This document shows, piece by piece, positions 29,624-39,614 of a stretch of DNA of 64,000 bases (positions within the stretch are counted from its first letter, which is position 1; every line of letters starts with the position of its first letter). Under the pieces are notes generated by a model. The model was not told the origin of the DNA. It was given only the letters and a program-made list of their open reading frames with translations, and did not search any database. Source of the stretch: Caldilineaceae bacterium. GTDB taxonomy: Bacteria; Chloroflexota; Anaerolineae; Caldilineales; Caldilineaceae. Position numbers and translations under genes: made by a program. The stretch covers positions 675,662-739,661 of the forward strand of contig OZ220492.1 in the NCBI GenBank assembly GCA_965116185.1. Reading direction: 5' to 3'.

Positions 29624-30517
29624 ATGCAACGGAAACTATCGGAATCAATGCGCGAGCTGCAGGCATCGCCTCAGGTGATCCTGATCACAGGTATTGTGGT
29701 GCTGGGATGTTTCGTACTCTTGAGCGGTTCCCTGTCCAATTTGCAGCTGTCGTCAGGGACCGACACGGGCCTGATGTCACTACTGGAGGGTACCTTCAAT
29801 CGGCCGGGCTATACTCCATGGAATAGCCTGAACGAGAGCACGGAGCGTCTACCCGGCTGGCTCCTGGTCCTGTTCTGGGCCTGTGTCGCGGTCTGTGTCC
29901 TGTACGCCGTGATTTCGCCTGCCTACCGCAAGGCCCTGCTAGTCACGGCAGTGACGGCGGTACTGCTGGTGTATATAGCAAGATCGTGCGTACCCAAAGA
30001 AGGACAGGACATGGAGACGATTACGAGTCCTTCTCCCATTGGTGACATGGGTACAGCCCAGCCACCTCCTGAGCCCCCAGAGCGGTCGATTCCACGGTGG
30101 CTCACCATTGTGATAGGCACAGGTGCTGCATCCGGATTGGGAGTAGGCGGCTATAAGCTTTGGCAACTGTGGCTGGCAGGGGCGCTCATTTCCCGCCGGC
30201 AGCTCCTAAAGCCAGCTGCTGAGGCCGTGCAGCAACTGGATGCAGGACAGGACATCGCGGACACCGTGGCCCGCTGTTATCTATCCATGATCCAAGTCCT
30301 GGAACAGCATCAGCGGGTTCGGCGTGCTGATGCTATGACGCCACGGGAATTTGAGTCCCACCTGCGTAAGGCCGGGCTACATTCTCGGCACGTGCATCAG
30401 CTGTCCCAGATGTTTGAACGCGTGCGTTTTGGCAGCAAACCCACCGGTGAGAGGGAACGCCTGTTGGCGCGGGACTGTCTAGCACAGATTGTAGCAACCT
30501 GGGGCGAACCGGCATGA
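29624..30517 (+). CDS. polytopic membrane protein with a C-terminal DUF4129 domain
   Basis: Several TM helices, then CYLSMIQVLEQHQRVRRADAMTPREFESHLRKAGL...FERVRFG, typical of DUF4129. Confidence 0.7.
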   Translation: MQRKLSESMRELQASPQVILITGIVVLGCFVLLSGSLSNLQLSSGTDTGLMSLLEGTFNRPGYTPWNSLNESTERLPGWLLVLFWACVAVCVLYAVISPAYRKALLVTAVTAVLLVYIARSCVPKEGQDMETITSPSPIGDMGTAQPPPEPPERSIPRWLTIVIGTGAASGLGVGGYKLWQLWLAGALISRRQLLKPAAEAVQQLDAGQDIADTVARCYLSMIQVLEQHQRVRRADAMTPREFESHLRKAGLHSRHVHQLSQMFERVRFGSKPTGERERLLARDCLAQIVATWGEPA

Positions 30518-31131
30518 AAGAACGTTTGCTGCCGCTGGCGATATTATTGGTTGTGGTGGTAGGGCTAGCCGTTTTTATTGAACGTTTCATACGGCAGGTC
30601 CTGCTACAGCCTCTACTATACACCGCTTGGGTAGCAGATCTGTTTGTACGTAGTTTGCCCCAAGGCGTGTTCTGGGGCTTGTTCATCCTGTTTGCTCTTT
30701 ATTTAGCTTTCAAGGCCCTATCGTTTCGTCGTACCCGTCCGGTGTTCCGTACCGTACGGCGGCTGGAGCAGGTAGGGCCGGTGGCGCAGTGGCAGCATCG
30801 CCTGCAGCGGGCGCGCCAGCAGGACTATGCCAGCTGGACCCTGATGCGGGAACTGCGCCGCCTCACCTTGGAGATCGTGACAGGGGAGCAAAGCACACAT
30901 GATCCTGACTCCACGGACACGGTGTCTCTGCAGGCGATCGATTTGCCCGCCCCACTCATGCGCTATTTCAATGCCCGGATGGAAGGTATTGACAGCCCGT
31001 GGCGGGCGTTGGTATACCGTCTGCTCCCAAGCGGCCAGGGACGCCATGGAGGGGATGAGTCTCTGCTGCATCCGGAGGCAGTCGTAACCTATCTGGAGGA
31101 ACGCACAATGGTACGGGATCAATCGGTATGA
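30514..31131 (+). CDS. membrane protein (205 aa, 2 N-terminal TM helices), function unknown
   Basis: ATGA overlaps on both sides, with 29624..30517 and with moxR. Confidence 0.6.
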   Translation: MKERLLPLAILLVVVVGLAVFIERFIRQVLLQPLLYTAWVADLFVRSLPQGVFWGLFILFALYLAFKALSFRRTRPVFRTVRRLEQVGPVAQWQHRLQRARQQDYASWTLMRELRRLTLEIVTGEQSTHDPDSTDTVSLQAIDLPAPLMRYFNARMEGIDSPWRALVYRLLPSGQGRHGGDESLLHPEAVVTYLEERTMVRDQSV

Positions 31132-32099
31132 CTATGCAAATGCACCTGGCTGACGTGGCATCTACCGCCAAGTCAGTGATGCAAGAAGTGTCACGTGCCG
31201 TTATAGGTAAATCTGAGCTGTTGCATCACATCATGGTAGCGCTGCTGGCCGATGGTCATATCTTGCTGGAGGACTATCCCGGGCTGGCGAAAACCCTGAC
31301 TGCACACAGTTTCGCTCAGGTCCTGGGACTTAGTTTCCGCCGGATTCAGTTCACACCGGATCTGCTGCCGGGTGACATATTGGGAGGTTACATCTTCAAT
31401 CGCAACACCAATACCTTTGAATTGCGCAAGGGGCCGATCTTCAGCCAGGTAGTGCTAGCTGATGAGATCAACCGCGCATCGCCTAAAACCCAATCCGCGT
31501 TGCTGGAAGCTATGCAAGAGCGCCAGGTATCCCTGGAAGGAGAAACTAGGCAGCTGCCTGAGCCCTTCATTGTCATTGCCACCCAAAATCCCATTGAATA
31601 CGAAGGTACCTTCCCCTTACCGGAGGCGCAACTAGACCGTTTTCTGGTCAAGCTCGCCGTGGGCTATCCTTCGGCCCAGGACGAAGTTCAGATTCTCCGC
31701 AACCGTAAGGACCGCAAACAAGATGAGGTACTCATGCAGATCCAGACTGATGCAGGGTCCCTACGGGCGATGCGCCGGACTATTGAGGATGTGCACATCC
31801 ACGATGATCTGACCCAGTACATCGTCCAGCTGGTCAATGCCACGCGCCAGGACAGTCGGGTAGCAGTGGGGGCCAGTCCGCGGGGTTCTCTTGCTCTGCT
31901 CAAGCTGGCTCGTGCCCACGCGGTGCTTGACGACCGAGACTTCGTACTGCCGGATGATATCAAGACCTACGTACATCCCGCTCTGGCCCATCGCCTGATT
32001 CTGAATCCTGATCTTTGGCTGCGCCAGGGAGCCACACGACAAATCCTGAACGGTATTCTGGATACGGTACCCGTGCCACTCATCACTCCCAGAGATTAA
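31128..32099 (+). CDS. MoxR-family AAA+ ATPase
   Basis: GHILLEDYPGLAKT (Walker A variant), VVLADEINRASPKTQSALLEAMQERQVS and ATQNPIEYEGTFPLPEAQLDRF. Confidence 0.92.
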   Translation: MTMQMHLADVASTAKSVMQEVSRAVIGKSELLHHIMVALLADGHILLEDYPGLAKTLTAHSFAQVLGLSFRRIQFTPDLLPGDILGGYIFNRNTNTFELRKGPIFSQVVLADEINRASPKTQSALLEAMQERQVSLEGETRQLPEPFIVIATQNPIEYEGTFPLPEAQLDRFLVKLAVGYPSAQDEVQILRNRKDRKQDEVLMQIQTDAGSLRAMRRTIEDVHIHDDLTQYIVQLVNATRQDSRVAVGASPRGSLALLKLARAHAVLDDRDFVLPDDIKTYVHPALAHRLILNPDLWLRQGATRQILNGILDTVPVPLITPRD

Positions 32100-32110
32100 G
32101 GAGTCGTCCG

Positions 32111-33391
32111 TTGCCCCGCCTCTGGGTGATCGTACTGCTGCTGCTGGCAACCCTGGTGGCCGGTTTGGCTACCCTCAACGGTCCCGTGCTCGCTTTGGTC
32201 CTGCCCTTGTGGGTGTTCATAGGAGCGGCTCTATACTGGCGGCCGCCCCCACTACAGTTGCGTGTTGACCGTACGCTGGATCATGAACGGGTTGACCAAG
32301 GGACCATTGTCCAGGCGACCCTAACCTTACAGGACCCCGCAGGAACCGTGGAAACGATCCGGATCCGGCAACCCCTGCCGGATAACCTGGAGCTGGAAAA
32401 CGGTGACAAGGATTACCTGGCCGTTTTGCCGGGGACCGCCCCTTTTATTCTGGACTACCGCCTGCGCGGACCGCGTGGCTACTATGTCCTGCCGCCCGTA
32501 GAGCTGGAAGCACATGATCCTTTGGGGCTTTTGCGCACGACCACATCCGTTGATGTCCCGAACCGCCTCTTGGTGCTACCCCAGGCGCTCCGGATCCCGT
32601 CAGTAGCCATCAAGGTGCGTCGTACGCGGGTATATCCCGGTATGATTCCTGCCCGTAAAGGCGGACCGGGTGTGGAGTTTTACGGTCTCCGCGAGTATCA
32701 GACCGGTGATAGCTGGCGCTGGCTTAACCATCGGGTCAATGCACGCCTAGAATCAGAGCTGTTCGTCAACGAATTTGAATTGGAACGGGCCATTGATATC
32801 GGCTTAATCTTGGATGTACGGGCAGCCACGAACCTGTTTACCCAGGGTCACAGCATCTTGGAACACAGTGTGCTGGCTGTCGCTACGCTAGCGGAAAGCC
32901 TATTGACCTACGGGAATCGGGTGGGGTTGTTCCTGTATGGGGGCTCCATTGACTGGACCTTTCCCGGAGCCGGCAAACAGCAGTATGAAAAGATCCTACG
33001 GACCTTGGCCCGGGCCCGCATTGAGAGCAGCCAGATTTTCAATCGCCTGGATCGTATTCCGGTGCGTCTGTTTCCGCACCGTTCCCTGCTGATCTTGGTC
33101 AGTACCCTGCATCCCCAGGATTACCGGGATCTGCATACACTGCGGGCCAAACAATATCAAGTTATGGTAGTCAGTCCCGATCCTATCGCTTTTGAAACCG
33201 CCCTGCTGGAGGATGAGACGGATCGCGCGCTGGCTCAGCGACTAGCGTGGTTAGAAAGGAATAACCTGATGGCCCATCTGGCCCGCCGGGGCATTCAAGT
33301 GTGCAATTGGGATACCCGTCAGTCGTTTGCCGATGCGGCTCCTAAAGTTTTCAGTTATCCGGGCCTGCAGCAGGCACTGAACCTGAGGTGA
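32111..33391 (+). CDS. DUF58 domain protein (MoxR partner)
   Basis: AAGGAG lies 7 nt before the TTG at 32111. There are two N-terminal TM helices. GGPGVEFYGLREYQTGDSWRWLNHRVNAR is the DUF58 signature. The track start at 32015 would overlap moxR by 85 nt. Confidence 0.85.
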   Translation: MPRLWVIVLLLLATLVAGLATLNGPVLALVLPLWVFIGAALYWRPPPLQLRVDRTLDHERVDQGTIVQATLTLQDPAGTVETIRIRQPLPDNLELENGDKDYLAVLPGTAPFILDYRLRGPRGYYVLPPVELEAHDPLGLLRTTTSVDVPNRLLVLPQALRIPSVAIKVRRTRVYPGMIPARKGGPGVEFYGLREYQTGDSWRWLNHRVNARLESELFVNEFELERAIDIGLILDVRAATNLFTQGHSILEHSVLAVATLAESLLTYGNRVGLFLYGGSIDWTFPGAGKQQYEKILRTLARARIESSQIFNRLDRIPVRLFPHRSLLILVSTLHPQDYRDLHTLRAKQYQVMVVSPDPIAFETALLEDETDRALAQRLAWLERNNLMAHLARRGIQVCNWDTRQSFADAAPKVFSYPGLQQALNLR

Positions 33392-33397
33392 TGCGTG

Positions 33398-33757
33398 ATG
33401 TCCAAGTCACAGCCCCAACATCATTCACCCCGCCGGATCCGGGTCATACGGGACGAGGGGCACATCCAAATCGAATGGCAGAACGGTCAGGTTAGCCGTC
33501 TGCCCCTGGATTGGTTGCGTGCGCATTGCCCCTGTGCCACCTGTCGGGCGGAACGGGGTGAGAGTGGGGTGACGGTTGATCCTCTGGCGCTCACCTCCGG
33601 TCCACTACCCAGCTGCGAAGTGGCCGATGTGGAGCTAGTAGGTGGGTATGCCATCCGGTTTACCTGGCAGGACGGTCACGATACGGGTATATACGCATTT
33701 TCCTGGTTGTATGAAGCACAGCCGGAGACGGGGGAGGAGCCCCGGGCCGACAGTTAA
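33398..33757 (+). CDS. DUF971 protein (gamma-butyrobetaine-hydroxylase-like N-terminal fold)
   Basis: IQIEWQNGQVSRLPLDWLRAHCPCATC...GGYAIRFTWQDGHDTGIYAFSWL. Confidence 0.8.
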   Translation: MSKSQPQHHSPRRIRVIRDEGHIQIEWQNGQVSRLPLDWLRAHCPCATCRAERGESGVTVDPLALTSGPLPSCEVADVELVGGYAIRFTWQDGHDTGIYAFSWLYEAQPETGEEPRADS

Positions 33758-33857
33758 TCCGCAGACAGAAGGCTAAGGTCGCTGTCGTGGTCCCGAATGC
33801 TATAATCATGTAGCGTCGTGGCCCTATGCAACCGCGGCATGCAGTTTTCTGACTCTG

Positions 33858-34541
33858 ATGTCTATCCCTATGCCCTCGTCTGTGCGGCTCGCACCCTCCA
33901 TTCTGACCGCTGATTTCGGCCATCTCCGCGCCGCCTTGGATCAGGCGGATGCGGCAGGGGTGGATGCCTTTCATCTGGATGTTATGGACGGTCACTTCGT
34001 GCCCAATATCACATTCGGGCCGGATCTGATTGCCTGCATCAGAGCCCTGACGACCACCTGGCTGGACGTGCACCTGATGGTGGACGAACCACTGCGCCTG
34101 ATTGATCGGTTCATCCAGACCGGTGCCAATGCCTTTACCATTCACGTGGAGGCGTGTCGCGATACCTACCGAGTTCTGGACACCATTCGGCAACAGGGAT
34201 GCCAGGCGGGCATCGCACTCAATCCGGGCACCGCCTGCTCTGCAGTAGTTGATTTGCTGTCCATTGTGGACCGCGTGCTGATCATGAGCGTACCCCCCGG
34301 CTTTGGCGGCGCACCCTTCATTCGTTCTACACCCGATAAAATTCGGCAGATGTATACCCTGCTACAGGATTTGCCCCGCGTACCGGAATTGCAGGTAGAT
34401 GGCGGCATTGATAGCACGAACATACGCGCGGTGGTGCAAGCGGGAGCCAACAGTATAGTAGCGGGAAGCAGCATCTACAATGCGCATGATTCCGTGCAGG
34501 CCAATGTCGCACGCTTACGTGCCCAGTTGGCAGGAATGTAA
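33858..34541 (+). CDS. rpe: ribulose-phosphate 3-epimerase
   Basis: APSILTADF, HLDVMDGHFVPNITFG and MSVPPGFGG. Confidence 0.95.
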   Translation: MSIPMPSSVRLAPSILTADFGHLRAALDQADAAGVDAFHLDVMDGHFVPNITFGPDLIACIRALTTTWLDVHLMVDEPLRLIDRFIQTGANAFTIHVEACRDTYRVLDTIRQQGCQAGIALNPGTACSAVVDLLSIVDRVLIMSVPPGFGGAPFIRSTPDKIRQMYTLLQDLPRVPELQVDGGIDSTNIRAVVQAGANSIVAGSSIYNAHDSVQANVARLRAQLAGM

Positions 34542-34544
34542 ATT

Positions 34545-35309
34545 GTGGGACCGGGACAGGCTAGGGCTCAGAGACGAGGTGCACGCTGGGGGTGGCTCCT
34601 TCTGCTCTTACTGGTGCTGGTCGGTTTGTGGTATTTCTTGGTGTATCGGGAGCCGGCACCGGCACCGGTTCCCGACCTGCCTACGCCTACTCCACCGCCG
34701 GTCACGGCTACCCCCTCTGCCATACGTACCCCAACGCCGGAGCCTGTAGCGGAAATCTCTCAGGTTTGTCTGCAAAATGAATGCCGGCATGTACTGGAAC
34801 GCCCGGACATCCCCGACCTCCGGCTGGAGATGATCGATGACAGCACCGGCTGGAACTGGTCACAACCTACCGAAGCCTGCCTAGCCGACATTGCAGCCTT
34901 CATGGCCGTTGAAGGTATTGACATGGAGTTAGTTTCCTTCACGCTCCAGGATGCAGTGCCAAACAGGGGCACGCCCGTTTACTTTCAGTTCCCTCCGCCG
35001 GATGATCCCATCAATGCCCCGGCACCGGATGAGGGCATTGCCGTATGTAACCTGGCACCGGATTCGCATCGCCATGCGTACTGTACCACTGCGGTTTCCC
35101 GCATTGATGAGGGCGAAATCAACCCTAATGTGCGGCTCGCGCTAATTTTGGCTGCCATGGATGCCTTGCGCCGTGTGCATTATGAGCAGGTGCAGGAAGA
35201 TCTTGAGACCTATTACCTGACTCTAGCCGAGGCCTTGGATCGCTTCGTGCCCGTTGTCCGTGAGGAGAACGGTACCTGGAACACTAACTGCTGGGAATTG
35301 TTGCCATAA
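34545..35309 (+). CDS. membrane-anchored extracytoplasmic hypothetical protein with a Pro/Thr linker
   Basis: N-terminal TM WGWLLLLLLVLVGLWYFLV, a PTPTPPPVTATPS linker and a Cys-containing globular part. Confidence 0.6.
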   Translation: MGPGQARAQRRGARWGWLLLLLLVLVGLWYFLVYREPAPAPVPDLPTPTPPPVTATPSAIRTPTPEPVAEISQVCLQNECRHVLERPDIPDLRLEMIDDSTGWNWSQPTEACLADIAAFMAVEGIDMELVSFTLQDAVPNRGTPVYFQFPPPDDPINAPAPDEGIAVCNLAPDSHRHAYCTTAVSRIDEGEINPNVRLALILAAMDALRRVHYEQVQEDLETYYLTLAEALDRFVPVVREENGTWNTNCWELLP

Positions 35310-35724
35310 GACTGCCCGGATGCGACTAGGCGTGCCCCCAGAGATAGAGTGCGCGGATCTGCCATTTCGCTGTTGAACTCGCCGGAGTACAGGTAGGCAA
35401 CGCTCGTTCCACTACCTTCAAGTACAGCCTGCTTTGCCTATTACCTGCCGCCGGACTGGATTATATGTGCTGCGGGTATGTCGGCCCACGCGTGCACCCT
35501 GCTATGAGGCATTACCGGCCCACTAATGTTGGATGCCATGCCGGAGAGATGTGTAGCTATCTCCTGTGTAGAGACAATCTAGCCTGTATCGGGTATTGCG
35601 GAGCACTGGAAATCGTTCCTGTGTCGTGGCTAAGGGCACAGGTATGCCACACATCACAACGGAACATACGCCCGGTGGATACTCCGGAGACGGCAGCGCA
35701 ACCCTACCAATTGTGCCCGTACAA

Positions 35725-36642
35725 TTAGATCAGCAGGATGAAGGAGTAGACCAAGGGAGCCGTGAACAGCAAGGAATCCAGGCGATCAAGCATTCCGCCA
35801 TGGCCCCGAAAGAACGTCCCCGAGTCTTTGGCGCCCACATGTCGTTTCCACATGCTGATAGTTAAATCACCCAATTGGCCCAGCAGACTGATGGCTAGTG
35901 CCAGCGCGAGGCCTGTCCCAAGACTGATGGGTAAGGGCTGAAAGAAAGCCGGATCCAGGGACGTGAAAGTTTGGATTCCGGACCAACCCAGTACCGGAGT
36001 TTGCCACAGGGCGATAAGCGCCTTGGACCAGCCCGGCTGGTAGGAGGCCAGGATCAGAAGCAGGCCGCACAGCGGGCCCAGAGTGACGGCCCCCACCAGG
36101 CCTTCCCAACTTTTCTGGGGACTGATATCGGGCCACATTTTGTGTTTGCCCCACAGAGAACCCACTAGATAGGCACCCGTATCCGCCATATAGGTACTGA
36201 GCATGAGAAAAAAGAGCCACCAGAAGCCGGATTCATGCTGCCGAATAGGAATCAGCAGAGCCATGGAGGATCCGATGTACATGGCACCGCCTGCCGTAGA
36301 CAACCAGGTGAGGAAAGGTGTACGCCGGGAAAAGAGGGCGGAAGCCAGCAAGGCTATCATACCCCAGGTAATGACAACGGCCAGGGGAATATGGTCAAAG
36401 GCACCGCTGTAGCGTGTGATCAGGATTGCGATCCACACCATCCCCAGTTTGCTGTTGGTGGGATACCCCCCCTTCTCCATCAAGTTGAAATATTCATAGC
36501 CCGCGATGATCGCGGACCAGACTACGGCGGCGACCCAGAAGATTTCGCCGACGCCCATCAGGAAAACGTAAGAAGGCACGGCCACGGCCACCGTCAACAG
36601 ACGTATGCCCAAGGCGGGAATCCGAATCGGAGTAGAGCTCAC
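35725..36642 (-). CDS. cdsA: phosphatidate cytidylyltransferase
   Basis: Polytopic. C-terminal signature SMWKRHVGAKDSGTFFRGHGGMLDRLDS. Confidence 0.92.
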   Translation of the reverse strand: MSSTPIRIPALGIRLLTVAVAVPSYVFLMGVGEIFWVAAVVWSAIIAGYEYFNLMEKGGYPTNSKLGMVWIAILITRYSGAFDHIPLAVVITWGMIALLASALFSRRTPFLTWLSTAGGAMYIGSSMALLIPIRQHESGFWWLFFLMLSTYMADTGAYLVGSLWGKHKMWPDISPQKSWEGLVGAVTLGPLCGLLLILASYQPGWSKALIALWQTPVLGWSGIQTFTSLDPAFFQPLPISLGTGLALALAISLLGQLGDLTISMWKRHVGAKDSGTFFRGHGGMLDRLDSLLFTAPLVYSFILLI

Positions 36643-36650
36643 CGCACGCC

Positions 36651-37373
36651 TCAGGAATCCGCAATGCGCCCAAAGCGTCGCTCGCGGTGGCTGAATTCAG
36701 CCAGGGCTTCATGGAGCTGGTCAGGGCCGAAAGCCGGCCAGTAGGTTGCGGTAGCATAGTACTCGGCGTAGGCCGCTTGCCACAGCATGAAATTGCTGAG
36801 CCGGAATTCCCCCCCGGTCCGGATCACGAGATCGAGGTCGGGGAGGTCGGGTTGATGCAAGTACTGCCGAAACGTTGCTTCCGTGATCTGGGCTGCCGGC
36901 AGCCCGGCTGCCACTATTTGGCAGACCGCGCGCACAATTTCATCGCGTCCCCCGTAGTTAAAGGCTACGTTGAGAATGATGCGATCGTTCGTACGGGTTA
37001 CGTCAATGGCCCGGCGTACTTCTGCCTGCAAACGCGGATGGATGCGCTCCAGGGTACCACTGTGACGAATCTGTACACCATTGCGGTCTAGATCGCGCAA
37101 CTGACGTTGGATGGTGCTGCCCAGCAGGGTCAGCAAGCCTGCCACCTCCTGGTCAGGCCGCTCCCAGTTTTCGGTCGAAAAAGCGTACAGGGTCAGGCAG
37201 CCTATACCGGCCTCAACACAGCATTCCAGGATGGGCTGGATGTTGTCCACGCCCGCCTGGTGGCCTACGGCTCGGGGCCAGCCGCGCTGTCGCGCCCAGC
37301 GGCCATTCCCGTCCATGATGATACCCAAATGCCGGGGTACGGACTGATATCTGGCCAAAATCGGAGTCCCCAA
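36651..37373 (-). CDS. uppS: isoprenyl transferase (undecaprenyl diphosphate synthase family)
   Basis: [23 protein letters not shown] and [16 protein letters not shown]. Confidence 0.95.
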   Translation of the reverse strand: MGTPILARYQSVPRHLGIIMDGNGRWARQRGWPRAVGHQAGVDNIQPILECCVEAGIGCLTLYAFSTENWERPDQEVAGLLTLLGSTIQRQLRDLDRNGVQIRHSGTLERIHPRLQAEVRRAIDVTRTNDRIILNVAFNYGGRDEIVRAVCQIVAAGLPAAQITEATFRQYLHQPDLPDLDLVIRTGGEFRLSNFMLWQAAYAEYYATATYWPAFGPDQLHEALAEFSHRERRFGRIADS

Positions 37374-37475
37374 GGCACCTATACCGTATCCGAGTCCGTT
37401 GCACAGCGAGCCCGCACGGTGGTTTCCATAGCCTGATAAGGCGTTCTGGTAGTTGGACGGTACCTGTGCACAGAC

Positions 37476-38033
37476 TCAGAGCGTCATGATTTCCTCTTCT
37501 TTGGCTTTGGCCCTGGCCGTGATCTGGTCAATGTACTGCTGGGTTTGGGTCTGCACATCTTCCTGGGTATCGTGTAGGTCGTCTTCCGTGATCATGCTTT
37601 CCTTTTCCATGGTGCGGAGATCGGAGATGACATCGCGTCGGATGTTCCGGATCGCAACCCGACCCTCCTCAGCCCGCGTACCGACCTGCTTGCTAAGCTC
37701 ACGGCGGCGTGCCTCCGTGAGTGGTGGAATAGGCAGACGTAGGACTTTCCCGTCATTCTGCGGCGTGATGCCCAGGGTAGAGAGGGCAAAAGCCTTTTCA
37801 ATAGCCGGGATATCGTCAGGATTGTAGGGCCGGATCATGATGGTCTGGGCATCGGGTACACTGAGCGCGGCTACCTGCACCAGTGGTGTGTGGACACCGT
37901 AATAGTCGACAGGCAATCTTTCCACGAGCGAGGTGGACGCTCGTCCTGTGCGAATAGCGGCCAGATCGTTTTCAAGGGCGGCAATGGAGCTGTCCATGCG
38001 CACCTGCATGTCGGCCAACAGTTCATCAATCAT
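37476..38033 (-). CDS. frr: ribosome recycling factor
   Basis: MIDELLADMQVRMDSSI...LRLPIPPLTEARRRELSK..., 185 aa from the ATG at 38033. The track start at 38096 adds an implausible 21 aa. Confidence 0.95.
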   Translation of the reverse strand: MIDELLADMQVRMDSSIAALENDLAAIRTGRASTSLVERLPVDYYGVHTPLVQVAALSVPDAQTIMIRPYNPDDIPAIEKAFALSTLGITPQNDGKVLRLPIPPLTEARRRELSKQVGTRAEEGRVAIRNIRRDVISDLRTMEKESMITEDDLHDTQEDVQTQTQQYIDQITARAKAKEEEIMTL

Positions 38034-38197
38034 GCTCGGATCTCCTTGCGGGTTGTTCCCGTGCCACGCCGGACAACACCGGCTAGGAAGGGACACATGG
38101 GCCTTCTAGTGGCACTCTATGTATTGTAGTCGTTGGCTATAACTGCGGCGTAGCCGCGAGGCAGCAACATACAGGTTGAAAGGGGCTGTCCGCCACT

Positions 38198-38899
38198 TCA
38201 GGAAATGAGGGTGCCCACGGCCTGGCCCGTCACAGCTTGGATCAGACTGTCCTGTCGCCATAGGTTCACGACGGCAATCCGCAGGTTGGCTTCACGGCAC
38301 ATGGTCAAGGCCGTGCTGTCAATGACACCTATCCGCTGGTTGATAGCGTCACTGAAGGACAGCCGGGCATAGGGTATGGCCTGGCTATCCTGCTTGGGAT
38401 CCTGATCATAGACTGCGTCCACCTTGGTAGCCTTGATCATGACCTCCGCTTCAATTTCACGACTGCGCAAGGCGGCCGCCGTATCCGTAGAGAAGAAAGG
38501 ATTCCCGGTGCCCCCGCCAAAGATCACCAGACGGCCCTTTTCCAAGTGACGCACGGCGCGGCGCTGGATGTAAGGTTCAGCTACGGCACGGACCTCAAAA
38601 CTGGTCATAACCCGAACCGGTACATCTAGGTGTTCCAGGGCATCCTGGAGGGCCAGGGCATTGATGATGGTCGCTAGCATACCCATGTGGTGTGCCGTGA
38701 CTTGTTTCATGCCAAATTGGATGCCGGATTCGCCGCGGAAAAAATTGCCGGCTCCCACGACTAGGCCCATCTGAATGCCCAATTCATGCACAGCCTTGAT
38801 TTTGTGGGCAATGGTGCTTACTTCCGTCAGATCAATACCGCTGAGGCCTTCGCCACTGAGGCCTTCGCCCCCAATTTTCAGAAGGACCCGTTGGTACAT
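38198..38899 (-). CDS. pyrH: UMP kinase
   Basis: VLLKIGGEGLSGEGLSGID, VVGAGNFFRG and FGGGTGNPFFSTDTAAALR. Confidence 0.95.
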   Translation of the reverse strand: MYQRVLLKIGGEGLSGEGLSGIDLTEVSTIAHKIKAVHELGIQMGLVVGAGNFFRGESGIQFGMKQVTAHHMGMLATIINALALQDALEHLDVPVRVMTSFEVRAVAEPYIQRRAVRHLEKGRLVIFGGGTGNPFFSTDTAAALRSREIEAEVMIKATKVDAVYDQDPKQDSQAIPYARLSFSDAINQRIGVIDSTALTMCREANLRIAVVNLWRQDSLIQAVTGQAVGTLIS

Positions 38900-38975
38900 A
38901 ACAAGGTATTACGCGTGCAACCGCATGACAGATACGTACTGATTGACACTGGAATCGCAGCTGGATTCGGTGTAC

Positions 38976-39572
38976 TCAGTCTCCTACGGCGTAGCGGCTG
39001 AAGCGGTTGACCTGAATATTTTCACCCAACGTGGCGATATTGTGCTTGATCAGGTCTTCAATGGATATATCGGGGTCCTTAATAAAGGATTGTTCCAGCA
39101 AGCAGATCTCTTCGTAGTACTTATCCAGCTTGCCTTCCACAATCCGATCCAGGATATGCTCCGGCTTGCCTTCCCCGCGCATCTGTTCGCGGTAGATTTC
39201 CTGCTCACGGGCAATGATGTCGGGGGGCACGTCCTGCCGCGACACGTACGCGGGATTTTCGGCCACTACGTGCATGGCCAGATCACGTACCAGGGTCTTG
39301 AACTGATCCGTGTTGGCCACGAAGTCGGTTTCACAGTTCACTTCCACCATGCCGGCAATCTTAGCGCCGGCATGCACATAGGTGCCGATCAGGCCTTCCG
39401 ACGTTTCGCGCCCCGCTTTCTTGGCCGCGGAGGCCAGACCTTTCTTGCGTAAGAGGTCGGTGGCCGCGGCCATGTCTCCGGCCGTATCGGCCAGGGCATT
39501 GCGGCAATCCAGCACACCGGCTCCGGTGGCCGCGCGCAGTTCTTTGATCATTCCGGGAGTAATGGTAGCCAT
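38976..39572 (-). CDS. tsf: translation elongation factor Ts (short form)
   Basis: [20 protein letters not shown]...[20 protein letters not shown]. Confidence 0.95.
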   Translation of the reverse strand: MATITPGMIKELRAATGAGVLDCRNALADTAGDMAAATDLLRKKGLASAAKKAGRETSEGLIGTYVHAGAKIAGMVEVNCETDFVANTDQFKTLVRDLAMHVVAENPAYVSRQDVPPDIIAREQEIYREQMRGEGKPEHILDRIVEGKLDKYYEEICLLEQSFIKDPDISIEDLIKHNIATLGENIQVNRFSRYAVGD

Positions 39573-39614
39573 GAATCGCTTACTCGTAAATAGGGTGGGG
39601 AGTCCGCACCACGG

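Noticed and set aside
35465-35728. A Cys-rich 87-aa ORF in the 415-bp convergent spacer between 34545..35309 and cdsA.
   Set aside because: It has no RBS, its end overlaps the cdsA stop region, and I recognise no motif. I treat it as non-coding. The spacer is long, but I saw no structure worth a separate claim.
38841-38870. A 15-bp tandem direct repeat (CTGAGGCCTTCGCCA/C) inside pyrH gives GEGLS-GEGLS and looked like an in-frame duplication in the nucleotide-binding loop.
   Set aside because: The spacing from the conserved Lys to the GID motif is the same as in E. coli and B. subtilis PyrH (KLSGEALxGxxGFGID). It is therefore a length-neutral repetitive stretch, not an insertion.
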